A stretch of DNA of 63,426 nucleotides, the filler included, from Hyphochytrium catenoides (lineage: Eukaryota > Protista > Hyphochytriomycota), in assembly GCA_900088475.1 (NCBI GenBank). It is 7 parts of 7 records of this genome, joined end to end, with 100 filler letters (N's around TTAATTAATTAA, not from the genome) between each part and the next. Parts side by side here need not be neighbours in the genome. Positions count along the whole stretch, not along the records: positions 18,039 to 25,446 come from FLMG01001866.1; positions 25,547 to 43,792 come from FLMG01001917.1; 5 more parts are not named here. One strand, written 5' to 3'. Below are positions 23,079-34,463 of the stretch, piece after piece. Numbering within the stretch: the stretch's first letter is position 1; each line of letters starts with the position of its first letter. The notes beneath the pieces were generated by a model that was not told the origin of the DNA, did no database searches, and worked only from the letters and a program-made list of their open reading frames with translations. The translations under genes and the position numbers were made by a program.

Positions 23079-24923
23079 TCATAGGGAATTCCAAAAGTCG
23101 ACGGCGGTGTGCTCAAAGGGACCAATGTACCCGACATAGGCCTGGTTATCAGATGTTCCCTTGACGTACTCATTTCCACCACTGTAGGGTGCCTGCACTG
23201 TGTAGAGGATGTAGCCGTAGTCACCAATCTTCTGATAATTAGCCCCAGAAAATTCTGCGCTGTAGATATTGGTTGCAACGCGAGTTAACTGCTTGCTCTT
23301 CAGATGGTAGGCCCACATCGTGTTGCTAGTATGTGTGCTAGAGTCCTCATAGATTAGCAGCGTGTCTGCCTTCTCGACGTAAAAGAGGTTATCCGGGTTT
23401 GCTATCTTATTCACATCGCAGGTGTTGGTGAAGCCACCCCGTGCGACAGCTTCAACTGAACCCGCTGGATACTTCATAGGCGTTCCACATATCAGAGGCT
23501 TGCCTGAAGTCAGGCGAAAGTCATCGCCATAGTCAAACTGGAAGACACATCCGCAAGGATTGTAGGGCATCCGAATGTCATTGTTCCTGCCTTTGTCATA
23601 CGTGTCCGAGGGCTCTCCCTTGTCCCTTTCGTCCTCCATTCCACTGCGTATGGCAGTGAGCGATAGAAAGAGCTTCCTCTCTCCTTCGGAATAGCTGATA
23701 CCTTCCATCTTATTCCACTCCGTAGTAACGCCAAGAGTACCGGCATACCGACGTGTCTCCAGGAAGGCAGCGGCTTTCTCCATTCCTGGCTTTAACTTGA
23801 GGCATTCGACCCCAATGCCTCCGCCATTGGCTGACTTGAAGTCCTCTGGACAACCATCCTTCCAAGCAGCAGTCTCAAAAATATCCGCAAAGGTAACCTT
23901 TGAGTCGACCAGATTCTCGATCTCCTTCTCACTGGCGTGTCCAAGCTTGATCCAGTCCACTTTGAAGCTCACATCTGAGCCACTGCCCGATTGGGTCATC
24001 TTGCCGCCGTAAAGGGTTCCTGACGCCATATCCTCCGGCTTGTCGGCAACAAACATCGTCAGCATTGTGTTATCGCCGTCATCACCAGCGTAGCAAGTTC
24101 GCTTATCAGGGGCGCAGCTGTATAACTCAAGAGCTAGGCGGCCCATAGCGTAGCGCTTCTTGACATCGGTTTTGCCGTCCTTTGACACCCTCAGCTCCCA
24201 AGAGTGTCCATAGCGGTAAGGGTTGAACACAGCCTCAGCATTGGCCTTTGTGGCGTTATTTTCATAAAGCTGAAAGTATTTCAGGTACTCCTTGACATTC
24301 TTCTCCATACCCTTGTCATCGGCAGCGGCGAAAGCTCTAGCGTCGGGCTCGTACTCTTCACTACCTAGATGGGTGCCCCATTTAGTAAGACTGCCAGCGC
24401 ATGGAATCCACACGCCACCGACATGTGTAAAGTCCACAGGCCAGGTATCAATAGCCGAGAGGCTTCCGGTAAGAGGGTTCTGCTCCAGTAGAGTTCGATA
24501 GACTTGCCCTGGGGGTCCAGCCTCGATCTGAGAAATGAGCCAGAATTGGTTCTCAGCGGGTCCTGGATGGACCGAGACAAAATCTGGGGCGAAGCCGATC
24601 TGTCTAACATTTGACGTGGAATTGGTGAAGACAGGGCCACGCGTTATGTCGGTTGCAGCTCCAAATATGCCGCCAGTGGAAGACATTTTCTGTCCCGTCC
24701 TGATGATCACATTAGCTCGAATGTCATCCTTCTGTTTGTCTGAGTTCGCTACTCTAATAGAAGAACGGACCTGCCGGAAATCGGCATCATTGACGGGATA
24801 GGTGAGTTGGCTGAAACTCCAAGACTTCTGCTTCCCGCCCCAAAAGTCAAAGAAGAAGGCTGAAGCACCAGGGGACAGAGAGGCAGCGACAACTGACGCC
24901 GAGAGAAAGTAAAGAAGCTTCAT
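23079..24923 (-). CDS. phoX: Secreted alkaline phosphatase, PhoX family (DUF839 beta-propeller), intronless
   Basis: 614 aa with signal peptide MKLLYFLSASVVAASLSPGASA. PhoX motifs PCAGSLTKWGTHLGSEEYEPD, MGRLALEL, YAGDDGD, AFLETRRYA, KMEGI, ANPDNL, IYEDS, AEFSG, VQAP. Confidence 0.88.
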   Translation of the reverse strand: MKLLYFLSASVVAASLSPGASAFFFDFWGGKQKSWSFSQLTYPVNDADFRQVRSSIRVANSDKQKDDIRANVIIRTGQKMSSTGGIFGAATDITRGPVFTNSTSNVRQIGFAPDFVSVHPGPAENQFWLISQIEAGPPGQVYRTLLEQNPLTGSLSAIDTWPVDFTHVGGVWIPCAGSLTKWGTHLGSEEYEPDARAFAAADDKGMEKNVKEYLKYFQLYENNATKANAEAVFNPYRYGHSWELRVSKDGKTDVKKRYAMGRLALELYSCAPDKRTCYAGDDGDNTMLTMFVADKPEDMASGTLYGGKMTQSGSGSDVSFKVDWIKLGHASEKEIENLVDSKVTFADIFETAAWKDGCPEDFKSANGGGIGVECLKLKPGMEKAAAFLETRRYAGTLGVTTEWNKMEGISYSEGERKLFLSLTAIRSGMEDERDKGEPSDTYDKGRNNDIRMPYNPCGCVFQFDYGDDFRLTSGKPLICGTPMKYPAGSVEAVARGGFTNTCDVNKIANPDNLFYVEKADTLLIYEDSSTHTSNTMWAYHLKSKQLTRVATNIYSAEFSGANYQKIGDYGYILYTVQAPYSGGNEYVKGTSDNQAYVGYIGPFEHTAVDFWNSL

Positions 24924-25446
24924 TGCTTCAAAGTGCTGGTGAGGCTAAACTTCCCGTCTTCTTCAACAGCGTCTTTTGTGTCTGGCGAAAAGGATAATGA
25001 AGAGGAGTGAGAAAGGCGCACGCAAGCCTATGAGAGCGTCTTGTGAGGAGAGGGCATCTCCAACCTAATCTGTCCTGCAGTGATGTCTGTCAATACATGG
25101 CTAATAGCTTATACATTGACACACAGAAGGAGAGGTGTTCCACTCAATCAGAGGAAGTCTGTCGGACAGAATAATGAAGAGGATAATAGCACTCACAGTG
25201 TGAGAGAGGAGATAGGTTGAGACGGAGAAGAGGAGGGAAAGAGAGCAAGATTGAAAAGAAAGAGGCAGCACCACTTGGTGAAGACATCAGAATCCTCAAG
25301 TTTGGGCATCATGACCGTTTGTCCACCCTTTATTCCAAGGACATCAAGATTCGTTCTTCTTATAAAGAATTCTTATTTTATTGACTTTTTATGAGGTGGC
25401 CCTAAAAAAGCTATATTCTATATATCATTTTATAAAAAAAATAAAA

Positions 25447-25546
25447 NNNNNNNNNNNNNNNNNNNNNNNNNNNNNNNNNNNNNNNNNNNNTTAATTAATT
25501 AANNNNNNNNNNNNNNNNNNNNNNNNNNNNNNNNNNNNNNNNNNNN
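25447..25546. other. Artificial scaffold linker
   Basis: N44-TTAATTAATTAA-N44. Confidence 0.97.
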
Positions 25547-25730
25547 TCTCTCTCTGTGTGTGTGTGTCTCTTGCTTTCGGAGTCTCACTGCCTCGTCGAT
25601 TCTCCTTCATTTGTGTGTGTGTGTCTCTCTTTTCTTTGGGTTCTTCGTCTGCGTTTTCTATCTTCCTTGTTCTCTCCCTACAGCCTCTCGCTGCTGACTT
25701 TGGCCTTCTCTGTGCCTCTCTCTGACTCTC

Positions 25731-25791
<61 letters not shown>

Positions 25792-25956
25792 CTCTCTTGC
25801 TTTCGGAGTCTCACTGCCTCGTCGATTCTCCTTCGTTTGTGTGTGTGTGTCTCTCTTTTCTTTGGGTTCTTCGTCTGCGTTTTCTATCTTCCTTGTTCTC
25901 TCCCTCTAGCCTCTCGCTGCTGACTTTGGCCTTCTTTGTGCCTCTCTCTGACTCTC

Positions 25957-25995
<39 letters not shown>
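25547..25995 (+). repeat. Tandem duplication of about 235 bp at the scaffold start, probably in a kinase intron
   Basis: gtgtgtgtctc(tc)ttgctttcggagtctcactgcctcgtcgattctcc... occurs at about 25556 and 25783, each copy ending in (CT)n. Confidence 0.8.
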
Positions 25996-26001
<6 letters not shown>

Positions 26002-26013
26002 CTCTCCCCTCAG

Positions 26014-26869
26014 CTAGAGCAGGCGAAATGGGAAATTCAGGTGCAGAGAGAACTCTCTCATCCTTCTCTCCTCACCATCCTCGATGTTGGTTCTGTGCCC
26101 AGTCCTTCTGGGAGAGGAGAGCTCATCTACATCCTCATGCCGCTCTATGAGGTGGGCAGCGAGAAAGAGAGAGAGAAGGAGAGACATATGATTAGAGTGA
26201 AAGGAGAGAGAGAGAGAGAGAAAGAGCAAAAGAAGGCCTCGGAAGAGAAAGAGAGGGACCGAAAGACAGCGGACGAGAAAGAGAAAGGCATGTAGAGGGA
26301 AAGAAGAAGCAAGACGGAAGAAGAAGAGAGAGGATGAGCGAGACCAAGAGAGAGCGAGAGGGAGCAAGACGAAGAGGCAGATATCTTCCTGTCTTTCCTT
26401 CTGACTTATCATCTGTTAGGGAGGCACCTTGAGAGAAAGAATAGACGAGAACCTAAGGTAGACCATGCTTTGTGCTCTGCTAGAGAGCTTTCTCTCTTCC
26501 GCGCACCTCCTCATTTCTCTCTCTCTCTGTCTCTTACTTTCTCTCGGTGACTCCTCGTCCTCTCCTCCTGTTCTTTTCTTTCCTGTCCTCTCCCTGCATC
26601 AACTAGACTCTCTGTTTCTCTGTCCAACTACCTTGCAACAGGATCCGTTTCTTGCCCACTTCCTGCTTGTAATGTCTTGCTCTCTCTCTTTCTCCTTGTC
26701 TTTCTCTCGTCAGGCAAAGGACTCACATGGCGGAGAGAGACGTCCTCAGAATCTTCCGGGAACTTTGCGAAGGAGTCCAGCAGCTGCACCACCACCAGCC
26801 GCCCTGGGTCCACAGAGACATTAAGGTACAAAAAAAACTGGAAAGAGAGAGAGAAACAGAGAGAGAGAG

Positions 26870-26900
<31 letters not shown>

Positions 26901-27401
26901 AGAAAGAGAGAGAGAAAAAGAGAGTACTTAGCCGTGTGAGGATACTCCGTTGTCTTCCTGCTCTGGATTTTCTCTCTGTCTCACTCCGGCAATTTTATTT
27001 ATTGTCGTTTTCTTGTCCTTGTTCCGAACGCAATCATCGCCTCCCAGAGCGCTAATATCGAATGAATTCTATCTCTGTCTCTCTCTCTGTCTCTGCTCTT
27101 CTCTACTAGCTGCACATTCTCTCTATCGCTCTCGTTCTCTCTGGCTCGTTGTCTGTCTCTTGCTCGTTGTCTGTCTCTTTCTCTCTCATTATATTCTCTC
27201 TGTCTGTCTCTCTCTGTATAGCCAGAGAACGTTCTTCTTTCGGACTCTGACTCTCCAGTTTTGATCGACTTTGGGTCCGTCGGGCCGTCTGACCTTCGAA
27301 TCCAGTCCAGACTTCACGCCATGCAAGTGCAGGAAGAGGCTGCAAAACACTGGTAACGGGGAAGAGGATAGGGTGCACAAAGGAAAAAAAAAAGAGAAGA
27401 A

Positions 27402-27437
<36 letters not shown>

Positions 27438-28723
27438 AAAAACGAGAGATAGGAGAGAGAGAAAAAAGAGACTCTAGGGTTATACTTATGCAGAAGAAGA
27501 TACTATTGATTCGATGACTCAGGTAATGGGACTAACTTCCAGGCCCACCGCCCCGCTCTCTCTCTCTTTCCTTCTCTCCCTCCGTCATTCTTCTAACTTC
27601 TCCCTCTCCTGATTGCTCTCTCTCTCTCTGTTGCAGTTCAATGCCGTACAGAGCTCCGGGTAAGCATACTCTTTTCTTTACAATGGCTTCCTGCCATCGT
27701 CGAGCAAAATCTCTCTCATTTCCTCTCTCTCTACTTCTCGATCGGGTCTCTCCTTATCTCTGAATTCTGGTCTCTAACCTGTCATTTTGTTCCCTTTTCC
27801 GGACAGAGCTCTTCGATGTCGCAACAGGATCCGCGCTTGACTCCAGAACAGACGGTAAATGTCTTTATGGTTCTGCCCTTGATCGTAACTCTTTCAGACT
27901 CTCTCCGTTTCTGTCTTTCTCTCTCATTGTGTCTTTCTTCAAAGCACTTATTTACTCTCCTGTTTCTATGATGCTCAGTGTACTTGACCTCTCCTCTGCA
28001 ACCATTCTAACTCTCCGCCACGGTTCTCTCTGTCTCTCTCTCTCTCTCTCTTTTCAATCGTCTTCTCCACCGTCCCTCACATGATAGTGTGGTCCCTGGG
28101 TTGCTTGCTGTTTGCAGTTTGCTTTGGCTATTCTCCCTTTGAATGCAGCTTCACGACGGCGGGGGAGGTGAAGGTCCAAGAGTGTTCCTTCCTTCGCGTC
28201 ATTGGGTCATGGAGCTTTCCAGCCACATCGCCGTCAGTGCTTCTCTTTTCTCTCTCCCTTCACCTTTCTTTTCGATGCAGACGCTCACTCTCTCTCTCTC
28301 TCTCTCTGCCCCTCTGTCTTTCTCCCTTGTGCAGATATTCTGACTCTGTGCACAGGCTAATCCGGTAGGCGAAACGTCACAGTCTATACCACTCACTTTT
28401 TGAGGGACGGAGTGTTAGTGCTTTGTTTATTTCCCGTTGCAGAGCCAATCATCTCGCTGTCTTTTCTTCTCCGTCCGTTACCCAGACATGCAAGGACTCT
28501 CTTATTTTCTCTCTCAGAACGGTGCTTCTTTCTTCCCCTTTAGGGGGCTTGATCTCTCCTTCACTCTGTCTCTCGTTCTTTGTTCATTCTTAACATGTAT
28601 AATGCGGCCGGACTCTCTCTCTCTTTGCGCAGATGGATGCTGTCAGTAGACCCGGCAGAGAGGCCATATATCGATGATGTGCTTAGTTACTTGGCGGGCC
28701 ATAGCAAGCTCTCACCCAAGTAG
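26014..28723 (+). CDS. Ser/Thr kinase of the NAK family, STK16/MPSK1-like (multi-exon, N-terminus missing)
   Basis: Exons give EQAKWEIQVQRELSHP, YILMPLYE|GGTL, WVHRDIK|PENVLL, VLIDFGSV, QEEAAKHC|SMPYRAPE|LFDV, SRTD|VWSLGCLLF, GYSPFE, WMLSVDPAERPYID; stop at 28721-28723. Confidence 0.9.
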
Positions 28724-29788
28724 ACAAGGCAGACCAATCGATGGAAGACGCTCTTACTTTCGCCATCTGCCAAAACTTTGGAATCGCTGTTCTCACCAAG
28801 GATACGCCGCAGTCTCTCCTTTGGCCCTCGCCCTTACTTTCCTCCTTAATGGACGAAAGACTAGACACAAGTTAGCAGAGCGGTGCCTGGTTCCTAAAGA
28901 ACCCCGAGGTTCTCCCCAGGCTCCATCGAGGAAGGCCTTGGTAGGAGGCTCCAGAAGAAGGAAGAAGCAAGCGCAAAGCAAGCAATGGCTTTTCTTTATT
29001 GGCTTTAGATCTCGCGCTGGCTCTCCATTTCTGTCTCGAAAAGTTGCACTGGCTATTAGTCACTGCTCTGCCTTGGATCAGCTGTGCATGTCTTGGCTTT
29101 GCTAAGTGATAGAGAGAGAGGGGAGCATCTCTTCGCTGCCATGTCTCTCTCTTGCTCCGAGATGGCCATGGCGTTGTCCCGTCTTTCTTTCTGTATACTT
29201 CAGCCATCCGTCGCACACTTCTTCTCCTATCCCTTCAAGAAAAATACCGTGACGCTCTTTCTCTCCTCGTTCCCGGGCTCCATGTAGTTGCGTCTTGCCG
29301 TTAGGCTCCTGTTGAGCGGCCGGTTTGATGCTCAGCCTCCCTCCTAGATCCATGTGATGTCCGTTATCTTATACAGGGGGACGGAGAATAAAAAGAGACC
29401 CATCTTCCCCGTTTGAACCAGGTTCTGTCGTCCCTCTGTGGGCGACAGGTAGGGAACCATAACTCGACATATCAATCTGCTGCCATCTTTTTCTTCTCTC
29501 TCTTTCTCTCTGTTTGTCTCTCTCTTTTCAAGCAAGAGACAGTTGTAGTGCTCGTAAGCCGCGAACGACTGTGGCCTCTGTTTCCTAGAGGCAAGACAGC
29601 AAAACGAAGCCTTGAGGTCTTTCTATCTGTCTCTCTCTCACAAACGACAGCTAAGTGCTCATAAGGGACTCATGAGGTTGCCTCTGACTTCGACAGGCAA
29701 GAGAATTGCCCTGGTCTGCTGAGGTAGGGGACAAATGGAAAGGGCACTGGTCCAGAAGGGCCGTCTCTCTTGACCATGCAGAAGGCCT

Positions 29789-32700
29789 TCACACAGGCCC
29801 CGGGGAGAAAGAGGAAGTCAAAGAGCTCTGTCGATACTCTCCCAGAAGTGGGAGTTGTCTCTCTCCTGGCCTGCCTCCCTCTCTACTTCTTGATATCTCT
29901 GCCTGGATCTCACTGAGAATAAGACTCACTGCGCTCTGACTCTCCCGCGCACCCTGGTTGGGGCTGTTGGGAGCTTGAGGAAGAGCGGGAGGAAGAGTTG
30001 CTTCTTTCACCTTCTTTGTCTAGGGAAGTAGAAGAAGAGATGGCGAGAAGATGATAGAGAGGTCATTCAGCCGTGGTTGACAGCGCGCCATGAAGAGAGA
30101 AACTGTCTCTCTTCTCTCCTCTACTCCTCTCACTCCGTTTGCCGTCTCTCCTTCCCTCCCTCGTTTCGTTTCACTCTCTCTTCCTTACTCTCCTTGGCCT
30201 TTAGACTAGCTTGCCTCTCTTCTCTCTTCTCCCGACTATGATCCTCTCTCTGCTCTTTACCTTGAGCGTCCCCGGCGCTTTCTCGAGCCTTTGCTGCTGT
30301 AAGAGGTGAGCGGCTGAATATTCTCTCTCTGACGCTGTGAGGGCAACAGTGGCAAGCTTTCTCTGGACCTCTCCGAAGCGCTCTTCTTGTGCCCTCTGGG
30401 AGGCTTTCAAGCTACGGATCTCTTCGTCTCGGGCAGAAATGACTCTGTATATAGAACGGGAGAGGGAGAGAGAGAGAAAAGTGAGGGACAAGCCATGCAA
30501 CGGCGTACAAGGCACGACGTAAGGGAAGGGAAAAGAGTTGGAGCAGGTGAGCAGGCAACGAAGAGAATGAAGGAGGCTAAGCTTCTGGGAGAGTTACTTT
30601 TGAAGTGTCAGCACTTTGCTATAGAGAGCCTCCAACTCCGTTCCCTGCTCCTGCAGTTGCTGCTTCAGCATCTATGGAGAAAGAGGCAGGAGCGGCCGAC
30701 AGAAAGAGGTGTGTGTGAGGCTGAGTGCGTAGATGAGAGAGAGAAGAGGAAGAGAAGAAAGAGAGAAAGAGACAGAGAGGACAGACTTCTGGCGTACCAG
30801 AGATGCGTAACTGGAACAGAGAGAAGATGTTGGCGTTAAACATTGATAAAGCGCGGAAAGAAAGAAGCTGGTGAGTGATAAGGAACGAGGTAGGAGCGGT
30901 GAGCACACACAAAAGCGAGAGAGAGCAAGAGAGAGGGAGAGAGCTGTACGGCACCTCAATCGTCTGCAGATCCGAGCGGTTGAGAACGCGCAGCGCTGCC
31001 ACCTCTGCCGCTGCTTGTAGTCCATCGCGAATTGCTTTCCATTTCTCTTCCTCCAGAAGTATCTGTGAGATCCAAAAGGATCAGCAACACCTTGTCAGAC
31101 GTACCGTTGTGGGAGAGGTAGAAGGAGCAGGCATACACAAGCAGAGGGGGAGAGAGAGAAAAAAAGAGAGAGAAAGAATAAGAGAGAGAGAGAGAGAGAG
31201 AGCAGACCTCCTAAGCAGCATCGATTGAGGGATAACACCAAAACATAAAGGAACTAAGTCTAAGCAGACTGGCAGGAGCGGGGAAGACGATGGAACCCAA
31301 GAGAGAGAGAGGGAGAGAGAGAGAGAGAGAGAATGCAGAGAACAAACAGGTCAGAAATGTGGGAGAAAAGAGTGAGACGAAAAGAGACAACGAAAGTTTC
31401 TCTGCCTTTTGCTGTGTGGCTTCTTCTAGCGCGCTAGTCATTCTCTCATAGCGATGAAGGTCTTCGAGGCGATAACAGCGCTCCGCTTCAAGATCTTCCA
31501 GGCCTTCGCTCACCTTCTTAGTCAGCCTTTGACTTCAGCGGTATCGGGTAGGAAGAGCAAGGGAAAGGGCAGAGAGAGAGAAAGAGAGAGCGAGAGAGAG
31601 AGAAAGACAAAGAGACAAAGAGCACTTAACAATATCAGACTGCTGTCAGCTCTCCTCCCGCTTCTCCGTTCATTAAAACTTTGGTATGTACCTCTCTCTC
31701 TGTCTCTCTCTCTCTCCCTCTGTCTCTCTCTCTCTCTCTCTGTCTCTTGCCCTTTTTCTCTCTTCCCTCTTCCCTTGTTATCTATTGGCTTACCATTCTT
31801 CATCCTTCCTGGCTAACATTCCTTCTAGTTTGGACACTTCTTTCTGTGACTCCTTGTGCTTTTTTACGTTTCCCTGATTGGCCTTAACGGACAGAGACAG
31901 TTCCAGCTGCAGACGGGCGACTTCGGACTGCAGAGCAGAGACCTGGGTCTAGGAGAGAGAGAGAGAGTGTGTAAGAGAAGAAGAGAGAGAGAGATGCAGA
32001 TGAAGTGAAGATAGAAAAGGAAGAAGAGAGACGGTGAACTGAGAGACTCGGTGGACAGAGCGGACAGTAACAGTCTGAGAAACAGAGCCAGCGCGATACA
32101 CCTAGAGTCCGAGGAAGAAAGACAGCTTTTGACGACGACGGAGAGAGTGATTACACATAGTTACAATGAGAAGAGAGAGGGGATAGGGAGAAAGAAGCGA
32201 GGGAAGAGTAGGGATCTCTCTCTTTCTCTCTCTCCCTCCCCAACATGCCTTGGCAGCTTCAGACGCGGTCTTATGTTGGCTGCTCTCTTCCACCGCTTTT
32301 TCTCTCTCCTGCTGCAGAGTGGCCTAGAGAAAGGCATTCGATTTTGATAGGGATGGGATTAGAAGAGAAGAGATGGGAGAGAGAGAGACAATTAGAGGAG
32401 AGAGAGAGACAAAGAGAGAGAGAAGAGATGGATAATCAAGCAGTAGCAGGCGACAGACACCACCTTTAAAGATCACCGCCCATAGAGAAAATAAGGGTAG
32501 AGAGAAGAGAGAGTGAGGCTATAATAAGCAAGAAGAGAGCGACGAGACCATCTGTGCTCGAAGAAGAGGAGATAAAGAGACAGACAATGAAGAGAAAGAA
32601 AGCGAGAGACATTGGATAATAGAAAGAGACAGAAGACTGCGCGCTCTCTGTCTCCGCAGAGAGAGAAACAGACAGAGAGAGACAGAGAGTGAAAGAGAAG

Positions 32701-33313
32701 AGGGATGAGTAGTAAAGAGAGTAGGAGAGAATGGAGACTAGAGAGCTATCCCCTGGAGTCAGCGAGGAAATAAGAGAAAAGCATGTGAGAAGAACGAACC
32801 ACTTTCTGGTGCAGATCTCGGATCTCTTTCTGGCATACTTCCTGTCCTCTCGCAGCCTCTTTCTATACAGGGGGCATTCTCAGCAGGTCGGTCGCAAGCC
32901 AAGGAGAGGAAGAAAGAGAGAGAGAGAGAGAGAGAGATATCTGAAAGTAGAGAGGGAGAGAGAGAGAGCAGAGAGAAGTGAACGAGACAGGAGCACATAG
33001 GATATCACGAATCAAGAAGGAGTGAAGAAGAAAAGACGCGAAAGGGGAGCAATGCTCATAAGCGAATGAGGAAGAGAGTCAAACGAACGACTGCGAAAGA
33101 CGATAGTTGTCTGTGAGGGTGGAAGTTAGAGGAGAACCTTTGCTTCACTGAGCTCTTTCCTCAGCTCCTCATTCTGTTTATCAAGCTGCTGAATGGATGC
33201 ACGCCCCCCGCTCTTCTGCATCCTTGCTGCCGCCTCCTCTCTTTTGCTTGCTCCCTCTAGATCTATTTTTCTCTGTCTCTCTTGCTTTGCTCCTACTCTC
33301 TCGTCTTGCCCAT
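29789..33313 (-). CDS. Multi-exon coiled-coil protein of unknown function
   Basis: Heptad-rich exons flanked by GT-AG and CT-rich acceptors: SIQQLDKQNEELRKELSEAK, TQVSALQSEVARLQLELS...KLEGMLARKDEE, RLTKKVSEGLEDLEAERCYRLED, VISARDEEIRSLKASQRAQEERF. Boundaries are approximate. Confidence 0.55.
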
Positions 33314-33460
33314 GGCCACCTCGTTCTACAAAGCTTCGTCGTCGGTCCTTTTCCTTGCTCGTCCTTGCTTGCCCCTCTCTCTCTTTCTTTCTCCCTCTCT
33401 TTCTCTTGTCTCTCTCTTTCTCTCGGTCTCTCTCCTTTGTCCTCTCACCATTCGGCCGTC

Positions 33461-33523
<63 letters not shown>

Positions 33524-33895
33524 AGCTCTGTCCGTCTACTTTTCGATTGAGAACCGAAGAGACAAGGAAGCCAGACAACAAAACGGACAAAGCGCCCAAC
33601 TAGGTGCGCTTCAGGCCATAGCTTACAGTATACTATAAGCCGCTACGTACACTCACTCTCATGTGAAAGGACGTAGCCTCCATATTTAATGTTAAAGGAT
33701 AAGGAGTATTGCGCACCTAAAATAAACACAGGAGAGCAAGCCAAAGTGGCAAGCCTTCAGACAGAGTGAAAAGGGAGATGATGATATAAGGGGTATAAGG
33801 CTTACAAATCAAACCAGTGTTTGAAGAGATAGGGAGGTTGTCAACATTATCATGCTCACAGGATCTGGCAGGCAAGTTAAGAAAGAGAAAGAGAA

Positions 33896-33966
<71 letters not shown>

Positions 33967-34007
33967 GAGAGACAAAGAGAGAGGGAGAGAAAGAGAGAGA
34001 GAGAAAA

Positions 34008-34038
<31 letters not shown>

Positions 34039-34086
34039 GAGACAGAGAAAGACAGAGGAAGAGAGAGAGGGAGGGAGAGGAGAGAG

Positions 34087-34136
<50 letters not shown>

Positions 34137-34463
34137 AACGTGAAGAAGAGGAGAGAGAAAGAGAAACAGACTGCACGGTGCCATCACCTCACTACCATTT
34201 CCCCTCTGAAGGTGAGATAAATCTTTCGTTTCTTATGGCGATGGGAGCTTGACAAGAAGCAAGAAGCCAGAGCCAGCGCGCGGGACTGAGGGTCACAGGA
34301 AAGCAGAAAGCGGAAGCTGGAAAGAAAGAGATAGAAGAAGAGAGACACGGGGCCGTAGCACCGTCAGTGCACGCAGAGACAAGGAGAGGGAGGGAAAGCG
34401 AGAGACAGAGAGAGGAGAGCAGAATAGGAGAGGCCAAAGTGAGACACAAGAGTAAAAGAAACC

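Noticed and set aside
25547-25995. 235-bp duplication as a mobile element
   Set aside because: It lies at a scaffold edge and is bounded by microsatellites, so it is probably an intronic duplication or assembly artefact.
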